This document shows positions 18,283 to 27,545 of a DNA stretch of 64,000 bases, in pieces. The DNA lies in the NCBI GenBank assembly GCA_016840165.1, contig JAEOSU010000080.1:1-64000 (forward strand). Direction: 5' to 3'. Each line of letters opens with the position of its first letter. The first letter of the stretch is position 1. Below the pieces are notes generated by a model. That model was given only the letters and a program-made list of their open reading frames with translations. It was not told the origin of the DNA and did no database searches. The stretch is from Promethearchaeota archaeon (lineage in GTDB: Archaea; Asgardarchaeota; Lokiarchaeia; Sigyniarchaeales; SOKP01). Both the position numbers and the translations under genes were made by a program.

Positions 18283-18993
18283 TTAAAATTTTTTTTTAAT
18301 TTGATCCCTATATTTTATATACTCCTTGAGATCCTTAATCTTTTCTAATTTAAATCGTTTTAATCCTAAATTGGACATAGTGATGCCATAAACAGTCTCA
18401 ATAAAATTAGAAATCATATACGCTGTAGCACCCCAAATTGTATACTTTTCATTCGACTCATTATCAATATAATTAAAATAGAAAATTGGGAATTGATTTC
18501 CTCCTATATCTATTGCTTGCTCTCGGAAATTCTGCTTTTCAATGAAAAAATCAATTGGCACTTTTAAAATTCTTCTTACTTCTCCGTCTTCCTTTACTAA
18601 TTTTTGATCCTTGTCTATAATGGCGATGAAGGGTTTTATAATATATTTTGTCATTGTAGGAAAATCATCCAAACAACCAATTAATTCAATTTTATTTTTT
18701 GGAACTCCAATTTCTTCCTCAGTCTCTCTTAATGCTGTATCTAATAATGTTTTATCGATTTCAGACTCAAATTTACCACCCGGAAATGAAATCTCTCCTC
18801 GATGTCGAGTTCCTCTGTCTGTGCGATGGATTAAAATTAGATCATATGGTTTATTATTATAGGGAATAATAGAGAACAAGATAGCGGAGCTAGTGAAAAA
18901 CTCATCCCTAAGAGAGATTCTCAATGGTGAATTGCATGGAATTAATTTGTCTCTAATCAAAGTTTTGTTAAAAATTAGGTTAGACGAATTCAT
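18283..18993 (-). CDS. CoA pyrophosphatase (NudL/NUDT7-type Nudix), tandem paralog
   Basis: HRGEISFPGGK, TALRETEEEIG, IWGATA. Confidence 0.9.
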   Translation of the reverse strand: MNSSNLIFNKTLIRDKLIPCNSPLRISLRDEFFTSSAILFSIIPYNNKPYDLILIHRTDRGTRHRGEISFPGGKFESEIDKTLLDTALRETEEEIGVPKNKIELIGCLDDFPTMTKYIIKPFIAIIDKDQKLVKEDGEVRRILKVPIDFFIEKQNFREQAIDIGGNQFPIFYFNYIDNESNEKYTIWGATAYMISNFIETVYGITMSNLGLKRFKLEKIKDLKEYIKYRDQIKKKF

Positions 18994-19078
18994 TAAGTTA
19001 AGGTAAAATTTTAAGATGTTAAATAATTACATTTCATAATATTATATTGTAATAAAATTTTTAGAAAGCTGATAAAAG

Positions 19079-19381
19079 TTGAAACTCCCTAAAGAGCTTA
19101 GAGAAAAAAGAGAACTCAAAACTACAGTAGGAAAAGAAAAAAAATGTTCTATCAAAGGTTGCGGTGAAACTGCAATTCGCTCACTTTCAGAAAATAAGTG
19201 GAAAGATTATGTAGAAAAAGCGGATTTAATATATATCGAAAATAAGCAACAGAAAATTTATTTATGTAAAAATCATTACAAGGAAGCTAATAAATTCCGA
19301 AAATCACAAGAGAAAATGTATCAGAAGAAGGGCTTTTTAGAAGATTCTGAAAAAACAAGTCCTGGACGAAGATATGATTAA
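19079..19381 (+). CDS. Small basic putative Zn-binding protein
   Basis: CSIKGC...RSLS...YLCKNHYK motif. Confidence 0.65.
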   Translation: MKLPKELREKRELKTTVGKEKKCSIKGCGETAIRSLSENKWKDYVEKADLIYIENKQQKIYLCKNHYKEANKFRKSQEKMYQKKGFLEDSEKTSPGRRYD

Positions 19382-19398
19382 TCTTTATTCTATCATTA

Positions 19399-19524
19399 TT
19401 ATGGAACTAGAATCATTTGATCATAGAGCATTGTGAAATCTGCAAACTGCTGTTCAATTATTCCTATAGTCAAAAAAGACAACGCTAAAAGTAGTATGAT
19501 GAAACCGATTAACTTTTTTCTCAT
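19399..19524 (-). CDS. Small single-TM protein (41 aa, below ORF-track cutoff)
   Basis: MRKKLIGFIILLLALSFLTIGIIEQQFADFTMLYDQMILVP*; fills the gap 46 nt downstream of 19571-20470. Confidence 0.5.
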   Translation of the reverse strand: MRKKLIGFIILLLALSFLTIGIIEQQFADFTMLYDQMILVP

Positions 19525-19570
19525 GTTCTATCGATCCTTAAAATATTCTAAATTAATTAAAAGTTTAGTT

Positions 19571-20470
19571 TTATTTAGTTAATTCTACTAAAGTAGCAAT
19601 TTTCGAATCTATCTTCTTTAATTTTAATTCAAAGTCTTTATTATTCTTATTATATTCGTCTTCTGAGATCTCTTTAGCCGAATACCGTCCTTTATTAAGG
19701 TTTTTCTCAGTTGCTAATTCAGCTTTTTCCATCTTTAACTCCTTTATCCATAATTTCATACCGGTTATGAGATCTTCTTTTTCCTTTTCTAAATCCGATT
19801 TTTCTTTTTTATATTTCTCTCTTAAGGTCTCAAAAGTATCTTGGTCAATCTTATGTAATTTATATTCCCTTGATAGATTTTTTAATTGGAAGATTTTTGT
19901 TTCAATATCATTAGTAATTCTTTGGACTATGAAGGGTTTATCTCTTTTTTTATCAATTTCTGCTTCTTTTTCTTTATATTCATTAATGAGTGATTTTATT
20001 GCATTGACTTTCATATTCACCGTATTTTTATACTCTTCATCGACATCATAACGCGGATCCTTTAGAGATTTTTGGATCTCTTTCAATTTTTCAGAAAGTA
20101 CTTGCTTATTCACCTGAATATCATTATAGTCTATATATAATATCATTTGCTCCTTAACCTCAAATGGTAGAGGTTTTTCAATTGATTTCTTCTCTTTTCT
20201 ACGCTTTTTACCCTTTTTCTTTGTCTCTTCTTCACCAAACTGCTCTTCGATAACATCACTCTCAATTTCTTCTTCCTCTAAGATATCCTGTACCGTAACT
20301 TGTTTCTTTGGTTGTGTTACTGATCTTCTCTTTTCTTCTATCCTAACTTTGTCATCCTTGCTGGATTTTGGTAAATCTCCGAGAACAGGCTTTCCACAAA
20401 TGATACAGAATTTGTCAGAAGATTTCAAGGGATTCCCGCAATATACACAGTACTTCGACATGATTTTCAC
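19571..20470 (-). CDS. Zn-ribbon + CdvA-like coiled-coil protein
   Basis: CVYCG...CIICG ribbon; C-terminal EY.LHKIDQDTF..L and RYSAKEISEDEY hairpins resemble the CdvA helical domain. Confidence 0.6.
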   Translation of the reverse strand: MKIMSKYCVYCGNPLKSSDKFCIICGKPVLGDLPKSSKDDKVRIEEKRRSVTQPKKQVTVQDILEEEEIESDVIEEQFGEEETKKKGKKRRKEKKSIEKPLPFEVKEQMILYIDYNDIQVNKQVLSEKLKEIQKSLKDPRYDVDEEYKNTVNMKVNAIKSLINEYKEKEAEIDKKRDKPFIVQRITNDIETKIFQLKNLSREYKLHKIDQDTFETLREKYKKEKSDLEKEKEDLITGMKLWIKELKMEKAELATEKNLNKGRYSAKEISEDEYNKNNKDFELKLKKIDSKIATLVELTK

Positions 20471-20628
20471 TTTTTTATATAATTAACCATAATCTGTATT
20501 ATTTATCTATAAAATTAGACTTAATAAAAATATTATATAGTCCAATACTTAGAATTCAAATGATTGATTTATAATAATTTTGTTCTAAAGCTGGATCAAT
20601 AAAAAACATTCAATAATTGGAAGGGTTG

Positions 20629-21573
20629 TCATTTATTAATAATATCTATGAACCGTTCTATAAAGAAACGCAATTCTTTTTTTACAAAATATAAATCATA
20701 AGGTTGATGAGCTTTTATTATTGAAAGATGATAAGAACTAGAGCTTTCTTTCAATATTATTGTTTTGAATAAGAAATGATGTCCTAGTTTCTGAACGAGA
20801 ATTTGATCATCTTCATTTAAATTTCCCAGATTAAGAAAACAATCATTTAAAGTTAAGAAATACTGAATACTTTCCTGAAGTAAAAATTTAGCAGATTTAT
20901 TTTCAAAATATGATCCCACAATGAGGGAATTATCATCAATAATCATTAATCCATCGCAATTTAACTTTTTAGCAAACTCTTCAATTGATCTTTGAATAAT
21001 TTGCGTTTTAGGGTAAAGTTGTAATAATATTTCCGAAACTGCATTCATTAGTGAATATAAGTTATAAATAGAAGTTTGAAAGAAACGTATTTTATTATTT
21101 TTTGCGATATCTTTTATTTGTTTAGTAAGATTAGTGATTATCTCTTCGACCTCATTTGGTTTACATTTAAGTAGTTCAGGATCACATTTATGAAAGAGAA
21201 TATTAATAGGTGGATTTATTTTTAACCTCTCGAATTGATAGACTACATCTTTAAAATAACTTAAGGATTCAGGTATTCTAGCATGATTAAGGATATCAAT
21301 AACATAAATGGCTACTTCAGTTCCATCAAAATAGAGATTTGGGTTTTTAATGTAAGAGATTCGATATTTCTGTTGCCCTCCTAAGTCCCATTCACTTATA
21401 TCTTTATCAAAAAGTTTAAAAATTCTTCTAGAAATTCCTTTTGTTGGTTCAATGTTAATAATTTGTGAAAATTCTCGTTTAAGTGCGTGGATAATGCTTG
21501 TCTTTCCTGCCATATCGAGACCAGTGAACAAGATTTTATGCATCCCTATTGATTGGTCCTTTAGATATTCCAA
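20629..21573 (-). CDS. Arf/Rag-like small GTPase with C-terminal roadblock/longin-like domain
   Basis: G1 GLDMAGKTS, G2 PT, G3 WDLGGQ, G4 HKCD, G5 TSI; about 125-aa C-terminal alpha/beta domain. Confidence 0.88.
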   Translation of the reverse strand: MEYLKDQSIGMHKILFTGLDMAGKTSIIHALKREFSQIINIEPTKGISRRIFKLFDKDISEWDLGGQQKYRISYIKNPNLYFDGTEVAIYVIDILNHARIPESLSYFKDVVYQFERLKINPPINILFHKCDPELLKCKPNEVEEIITNLTKQIKDIAKNNKIRFFQTSIYNLYSLMNAVSEILLQLYPKTQIIQRSIEEFAKKLNCDGLMIIDDNSLIVGSYFENKSAKFLLQESIQYFLTLNDCFLNLGNLNEDDQILVQKLGHHFLFKTIILKESSSSYHLSIIKAHQPYDLYFVKKELRFFIERFIDIINK

Positions 21574-21772
21574 ATGAATTTTATCTCCTCTTAAATGATT
21601 TACATAGATAACTACTAAATTAAATATATTAACTTTAGGGCTAAAATTATTAACATAAAGATAGTAAATAAACTGACTTTTTAAAAATTAAACCTTTAGC
21701 CTTTAAAATCTTAATGAATTTAAGTTTTGAAAGTATAATTTAACATAGGATAAAATAGTAATAATTTCTGAA

Positions 21773-23227
21773 GTGATTGCTATAAGTAAAATAGAGAATA
21801 AAACCTCTGTTCATATTGGTTTATTTGGACATATTGATTCAGGTAAAACGGCTATCGCAGCCCGCTTAAGTGAGATCATATCTACTGCCGGAATAGATGC
21901 CCATCCACAGAGTAAAGAACGTGGTATCACTATAGATTTAGGTTTTACTAGCTTTATCTTAGAAGATTTCTTAATAACTCTAGTTGATGGTCCAGGTCAC
22001 GCAGATCTGATCAAAATAAGCGCCTCATCAATTGAAATTATTGATTGTGCAATAGTTGTGATTGATATAAATAAAGGGGCACAAGTTCAAACGGGCGAGC
22101 ACATAATTATGATTGAGTCACTCAATATCAGAGATATAATAGTGGTATTAAATAAAATAGATCTATTCAGGGGAAATATTGATGATGAAATCAAAAAAAT
22201 AAGAGTTTTTTTTAAGTCTACTTCATTCGGTCCTAATATCCCAATTTATGCTGTTTCTGCCAAAGAAAATAATGGATTCAATGAACTAAAGAAGGGAATT
22301 CTAGATAAGATAAAAGATTTGAAAATTGAAAGAGATTTTAATGATCCAATAATTATACCTATTGATCATCATTTTTCTATCAAAGGCAGAGGAGCTGTTA
22401 TAACCGGTACAATATTGAAGGGTCAAGTAAAATTAAACCAAAAATTAGATATTATTCCAGTTAACATCTCGGGTCGAGTTAAATCGATTCAAATTTTTCA
22501 CTACAATGTAGAATCTGCAAAAGCAGGTGATAGAGTAGGATTAAACTTAAAAGGAATAGAGGTTAAGAAAATATACCGTGGATGTTATGCTACGAATGAT
22601 ACTAGCCAATTTGATCAGAGCAATATTTTAGAAATTGAGGTAAACTCCAATACACTTTTTAAAAAAGAGATATATTTTGGTACTCAAGTGCATGTTACTT
22701 TGGGAATGTATACAACCGTGGGAAATATATATCCTTATTACGAAATTGATGGGAAAAAAATTCAATTAGACTCAAAAGCGAATAAAAAGAATTTTAGGGC
22801 TTTCTTATGGTTAAATGAAAGTGTTGTAATAAGTAAAGAAAAATCTGTTTTATTATTAAGTAGATTAGACCTCCCACCCACCACTTTACGTATAATAGGT
22901 TCTGCAAATCTTATTACTATTCCAAAGGAGACCCCAACATTGTATAAATTTAAAATCAAAAAAGGAATTATTCAAACTCCCGAGCATAGTCAAGGAGTTA
23001 TATGTAAAGGATTAGCAAAATCTCTTGAGGGAGCAAAAAAAATTATAGGACGGAGACTAGAAAGTCCTTTTACGAAAATCATAAGCCCATTTGGAACAAA
23101 AGGGGCTGTTATCATCGGCGTGGAGAAAGATGCTAAGTTAGATATTAAAAAGGGAGATCCGGTAATTTTAAAAGAAATAAGAAGTTTTAGACTCAAACCC
23201 AAAAAAGATTTATATTTGCAGAATTAA
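21773..23227 (+). CDS. selB: Selenocysteine-specific elongation factor (archaeal SelB / eEFSec type)
   Basis: GHIDSGKT, STAGIDAHPQSKERGITIDLGFTSF, DGPGHADLI, DHHFSIKGRG, short domain IV with FG.KG. Confidence 0.95.
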   Translation: MIAISKIENKTSVHIGLFGHIDSGKTAIAARLSEIISTAGIDAHPQSKERGITIDLGFTSFILEDFLITLVDGPGHADLIKISASSIEIIDCAIVVIDINKGAQVQTGEHIIMIESLNIRDIIVVLNKIDLFRGNIDDEIKKIRVFFKSTSFGPNIPIYAVSAKENNGFNELKKGILDKIKDLKIERDFNDPIIIPIDHHFSIKGRGAVITGTILKGQVKLNQKLDIIPVNISGRVKSIQIFHYNVESAKAGDRVGLNLKGIEVKKIYRGCYATNDTSQFDQSNILEIEVNSNTLFKKEIYFGTQVHVTLGMYTTVGNIYPYYEIDGKKIQLDSKANKKNFRAFLWLNESVVISKEKSVLLLSRLDLPPTTLRIIGSANLITIPKETPTLYKFKIKKGIIQTPEHSQGVICKGLAKSLEGAKKIIGRRLESPFTKIISPFGTKGAVIIGVEKDAKLDIKKGDPVILKEIRSFRLKPKKDLYLQN

Positions 23228-23254
23228 TTTATAATAATAAGTGAGGTACCAAAA

Positions 23255-23689
23255 ATGGAAAGAATAGAAGCGACTGAAATTGAGATTAATAAAGATGTTT
23301 TAGCAGAGTTAATGAAATTCTTAGAGAATTTAGAAAGTTCTACAGATTTAGAGGGAACCGCAATTGTGTCTAAGACAGGATTACGAATAGCAAGCTCAGA
23401 AACCGCAGATATTGTCGCTGATATTTATAGTGCCAGCCCAGCAACTTTAATCTCTTTGGGCGAAAAAATAAGCAGCGGATTAGGTCAAGGAGATCTAAAA
23501 GAAATCGTTATTAGAGGCGTGAAGGGATATACAATTATCTTAGTAGGGGATGCGGATAATAATTTCATGCTTTTTACCAATTGTAAAAAAGGATATAAAT
23601 TAGGATATTATTTCCATAAAATTAGAAAAGCATTCAAAGAAATGGAACCTTTTCTCAAGAAAATTGAGCAAAAAGGAATGAAAGGTTAA
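23255..23689 (+). CDS. Roadblock/LC7 domain protein
   Basis: AIVSKTGLRIAS, LGQGDLKEIVIRGVKGYTII, KLGYYF. Confidence 0.88.
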   Translation: MERIEATEIEINKDVLAELMKFLENLESSTDLEGTAIVSKTGLRIASSETADIVADIYSASPATLISLGEKISSGLGQGDLKEIVIRGVKGYTIILVGDADNNFMLFTNCKKGYKLGYYFHKIRKAFKEMEPFLKKIEQKGMKG

Positions 23690-23719
23690 TTTTGAATCTT
23701 TTGCAGGAAATACTAAATT

Positions 23720-24139
23720 TTATATATTAACATGTTTCCAGTGTATATTATCTCCATGATTTAAATAGTAGTCCGCTGCTCCAACTCCAGCGAACAATCC
23801 ATTTACATAATATACCCAATCACCAGTTACACCATTAATACCAACAACCAACGCTCCGTTACTGAAGAATGAAAATTGGACATCACATTTCTCTTCAAGA
23901 GCATCTAAAACAGATGTTTGATATCCAAAAAGAGAAATATTTTCCCAAGAATCTATAGGTTGGCTTACATATTCAACAATTAATGTGATATTATATACTT
24001 CTGAGAGAGGACTAGATCTTCCTGTGACATTATCACCGGGATTAAAAAATGGAAGATAAAAAAGACTAAATATAACTAGACCTGTAAAGCTAGAAACTGC
24101 TATTATGGCTACTAATATTATTTTAAATTTTTTCTTCAT
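23720..24139 (-). CDS. Membrane-anchored DUF4430 (transcobalamin-like beta-grasp) protein
   Basis: N-terminal TM; SVLDAL, GALVVGINGV, WVYYVNG.FA.VGAADY.L.HGD.I.W. Confidence 0.8.
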   Translation of the reverse strand: MKKKFKIILVAIIAVSSFTGLVIFSLFYLPFFNPGDNVTGRSSPLSEVYNITLIVEYVSQPIDSWENISLFGYQTSVLDALEEKCDVQFSFFSNGALVVGINGVTGDWVYYVNGLFAGVGAADYYLNHGDNIHWKHVNI

Positions 24140-24165
24140 AATAATTGCTATAAATTGAAAAAATA

Positions 24166-25569
24166 TTATAAATTAATTTTCATCTTCCTTCTAAGACTAA
24201 ATATCGCGATGGTCATTGTAATTAAACCAATACCCACGGTAAGAATAAACGGAAAAGAGGGAATTGCTGGTTGAGGCTGAGAGTTTTCATTGCCTAAATC
24301 TAGATGATAATTCTCTATCGTCATCTCTAAATGATAATTTTGTCCAACAGTATTAACATACAATAGTAATCCTGTATATTTTTCGTAGATTAAATGGGTA
24401 TTTTGAGGAAAGGACCCTCCACATTGAAAGTGCATGTCAACTGTTAGATCCGTTTCTTCATAAGTAAATTCACGATCAACAGTAAACCACGATGCGGCCA
24501 ATACTTCAGCTTCAATATCATATGTATCATTATCCATCATAGGTAAAAGAAATCCAGAAAGGAACCCTGGGAAAGAAATTAGTAGTGCATTAGCACTTTC
24601 GGTATTTGAAATATTAGTCATCTGCATAGTAATATCAGTCCTAACATCTCCTTCGTATACAACCTTAATATCCAACCAAGGTCTTCCCGTTGCGTACTTG
24701 AACGGATCAGGATCCCATAATAACGGATCTCGATGATATAGTCCAGTGAAGTCGACTAATATATAACCTCTTTCCGATCCAGTGGCAAATATATCTTTAT
24801 AATTTCCCCATAGATCGGTCCATATTGCCCATCCAAGGGGTTCAAAAGTATTAACCTGGTATTTGTATTCGGTTTCAAAGTCAAGTGAATAATTGTTTAA
24901 TGATATCCCGAGTTTATAATCCCCTCTTGTTGTGTTAGCTTTGATTAATATTCCAGATTTCGTATCATAAGTCAATTCAGTCATCTGATTTTGAGTAGTT
25001 CCGTACTCTTCAAAACGAAAATAGAGAAAATTATAGGTCTCCTCTATCGTAATATGTGCGGTTTGACCCGATGCACCTTCAGCTTCCAATGTAGCGTTTG
25101 CTTTTATCCATTCTGTTTGATTATTCGGTATGATAAAACCAGATTGAAATTTGGCGAATCCTAAGCCTAGATTTCTAGCAATTTCACTATTTGACACGTT
25201 AGATAGAGAGAAATTGAGGATAGCTTCTTTGTAGATTTCTATATCAAACCATGGCATATGAATATCTGAAAATACATCCCCGGATATATCGTCAGGATCT
25301 CGATTATAAAAACCAGAGATATTGACTAAAATCTCATCATTTGTAGTAGATGCCCATTCACCTTCAGCTCCACCAGAAAAATTTAACCAAGTTGCCTCCT
25401 TTCCAAATCCAGTAACATTGTAACTATAAATCCCATCTAAATTCAATTTATCTGAATATTCTGGAGGGATAACTCCATTAGCTCTACAAGTTGGGATGAC
25501 GAAGCTAAATATTCCAAATAGTAAAAAACTGATGTAAATAAGTCCAATGACTTTCTTAGTTACTTTCAT
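24166..25569 (-). CDS. Secreted surface protein with two ~185-aa repeats and a C-terminal Loki-CTERM/PGF-CTERM-like anchor
   Basis: Signal peptide; duplicated G.Y.RDP...PW.DI...N.SN.E.A..L....F.SGF..P...Y...GLL; IPSFP + TM + RRK tail. Confidence 0.75.
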   Translation of the reverse strand: MKVTKKVIGLIYISFLLFGIFSFVIPTCRANGVIPPEYSDKLNLDGIYSYNVTGFGKEATWLNFSGGAEGEWASTTNDEILVNISGFYNRDPDDISGDVFSDIHMPWFDIEIYKEAILNFSLSNVSNSEIARNLGLGFAKFQSGFIIPNNQTEWIKANATLEAEGASGQTAHITIEETYNFLYFRFEEYGTTQNQMTELTYDTKSGILIKANTTRGDYKLGISLNNYSLDFETEYKYQVNTFEPLGWAIWTDLWGNYKDIFATGSERGYILVDFTGLYHRDPLLWDPDPFKYATGRPWLDIKVVYEGDVRTDITMQMTNISNTESANALLISFPGFLSGFLLPMMDNDTYDIEAEVLAASWFTVDREFTYEETDLTVDMHFQCGGSFPQNTHLIYEKYTGLLLYVNTVGQNYHLEMTIENYHLDLGNENSQPQPAIPSFPFILTVGIGLITMTIAIFSLRRKMKINL

Positions 25570-25745
25570 AGTAGTTTGATTTATTAGTATTTTTGATTAT
25601 AGGATAGGTTTCCTATATTCTATATTATGAAATATCATTTATTATGCTATTTAAATGTTTTTTATTACATTATATGGTTTTTTTATTAGCTTAAAAAAAT
25701 AGGAAAAATCGCCTTATTTTTAAATGTTCTAACATTGAATATTAT

Positions 25746-26459
25746 ATGGTATTTCATTTTAAAACAATATCTTCCAAGCTAAATTCATCTCGAGAAACAT
25801 CTAAAGTGAGAGAATTAACTCAAAAGGAAAATGATAAAAGAGGATATGAAGAATTTAATGTTTCTACTACTGAAATAGAAATAGGAAATCATTCAATTTG
25901 GCGTCAAAAGAAATCATTTCGAATTGCGCTAATTAGCAACTTTTCTGCCTTAGCTGTTGTATTAGGCTATACACTTGCTTACTTACCTAACATTGAGTTA
26001 TTTACATTATTCATATTTTTATCAGGTTTTATATTAAGTAAAAAGGAGGGCTTGCTGGTTGGATTATTGAGCGCACTAATTTTTACTTTCTTTAACCCAT
26101 TGGGTACCTCTCCTCCTCCTTTATTTATATATCAACTAATCCACTATTCGTTTACAGGTTTTTTGGGAGGCTTAGTTAATGATTATTTAAAAGCTAAGAC
26201 ATTTTACAAGCCATATGATGATCTATATACATTTCGGATCATGGTGATTTTAGGGTTAACTGGGGGTGTTATTACTTTTTTTTATGATATTTTGAGCACC
26301 TTAATTGGTGGAGTTTTAGTTTCATTGAAAATTGAATATTTTATTACCTCATATTTAACTGGAATAGTCTTTACCTCAGTCCATCTTGTTGGAAACATCC
26401 TAGGATTTGTTTTTTTACTGCCCGGATTAATTCAATTAATTATAAAATTTATTGATTAA
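25746..26459 (+). CDS. ECF transporter S component
   Basis: LAYLPNIEL.T..IFLSG...G..VG, FNPLG; about 6 TM segments; true start may be downstream. Confidence 0.75.
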   Translation: MVFHFKTISSKLNSSRETSKVRELTQKENDKRGYEEFNVSTTEIEIGNHSIWRQKKSFRIALISNFSALAVVLGYTLAYLPNIELFTLFIFLSGFILSKKEGLLVGLLSALIFTFFNPLGTSPPPLFIYQLIHYSFTGFLGGLVNDYLKAKTFYKPYDDLYTFRIMVILGLTGGVITFFYDILSTLIGGVLVSLKIEYFITSYLTGIVFTSVHLVGNILGFVFLLPGLIQLIIKFID

Positions 26460-26492
26460 TTAATTATAAATTAGATAGATTTAAAATTAGAT

Positions 26493-26981
26493 TTATTCTG
26501 CTTCAGAAAGAAGGGTGACCTTTCCGCCGGCGGCCTCAATCTTTTCAATTGCTCGTTTAGAGGCTTTTTTGACGGATAAATTGACTTTTTTATTAATTTC
26601 TCCCCGACCGAGTATTTTCTGGATGTTTAGATCGTCTAAATTAATGGTATATGTAGTACCTGATTTAGTAGCTTTATTATATTCGGTAAAACTATCAATT
26701 TTTATATCTAAATCTTTCACATTTAAAGTATTAACTTGATAGATCCTGTTTATATCTTGAGGGCGTTTAAATCCTTTTTTACCTAAACGCCATTCTGGAT
26801 CGGGAAATCCTAACTTTTTCTGCTTTAAATAATAAGACTTCATGGCTTTTTTTAGTTGGGTCGTTTTTCCACGTCCTACTCTTTGTCCTGTTTTTCGATG
26901 TTGTCCGACTCTCCCGTATCCAATTGTTCGAGTTCCTCTTTTTTTTTGTTTTTTACTTTTAAATTTTCTCATTTTCTTCAC
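26493..26981 (-). CDS. rpl15: 50S ribosomal protein uL15
   Basis: RGTRTIGYGRVGQHRKTG, KILGRG, AIEKIEAAGG. Confidence 0.96.
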   Translation of the reverse strand: MKKMRKFKSKKQKKRGTRTIGYGRVGQHRKTGQRVGRGKTTQLKKAMKSYYLKQKKLGFPDPEWRLGKKGFKRPQDINRIYQVNTLNVKDLDIKIDSFTEYNKATKSGTTYTINLDDLNIQKILGRGEINKKVNLSVKKASKRAIEKIEAAGGKVTLLSEAE

Positions 26982-26992
26982 TCACCTATTTC

Positions 26993-27538
26993 TTAGAGCA
27001 TTTTATAGATTAATTCATTGATATAATTTTCAACGTAACCAAGAGTTCCTCCTTCTTTATAGTGCTTTTTTATATTTCCTTTATGGCCTCTCTTCGGAGG
27101 ATGCAATCTAAAAATTGGTTTTATTTTATTGAGATCCTTGGAATTATAGTGAAGTTCTCCCTTAAATAACGCTTTTGCGAGTGCTTTAATATTATTATAC
27201 CTTGTTAAATTTTTGACTTGTTCATCTGTGAGTGGATTATTACCTTCAACTCTCCCTCTGACTCGTAATAGCCTAACTAATGTTTTTTCATCTATCTCTC
27301 CGTATGCAATGTAATCCTTACATTTATTAAGCATACCAATATAACTCGGTTTACCCCAAACAAGAACACCATGGTTTATTTTATGCATTCTTAGCATTTT
27401 CAGTGTATCAAGGATTTTCCTATTCATCCCAGGGGATCCTCTGATACGTACTGCAAACATTAACTTTGGAATTTCTTCTTGATTTATTTTAGCTTTCTTC
27501 TTAATAATAACTTCATTTTCTGCCATCATATACACCAC
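26993..27538 (-). CDS. rpl30: 50S ribosomal protein uL30
   Basis: AVRIRG, DTLKMLR, DYIAYGEID, FRLHPPKRG, EGGTLG. Confidence 0.95.
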   Translation of the reverse strand: MVYMMAENEVIIKKKAKINQEEIPKLMFAVRIRGSPGMNRKILDTLKMLRMHKINHGVLVWGKPSYIGMLNKCKDYIAYGEIDEKTLVRLLRVRGRVEGNNPLTDEQVKNLTRYNNIKALAKALFKGELHYNSKDLNKIKPIFRLHPPKRGHKGNIKKHYKEGGTLGYVENYINELIYKML

Positions 27539-27545
27539 TCATTTT

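Noticed and set aside
25570-25745. Cobalamin riboswitch between the repeat protein and the ECF S gene
   Set aside because: Spacer is very AT-rich with no B12-box or GGGAA core
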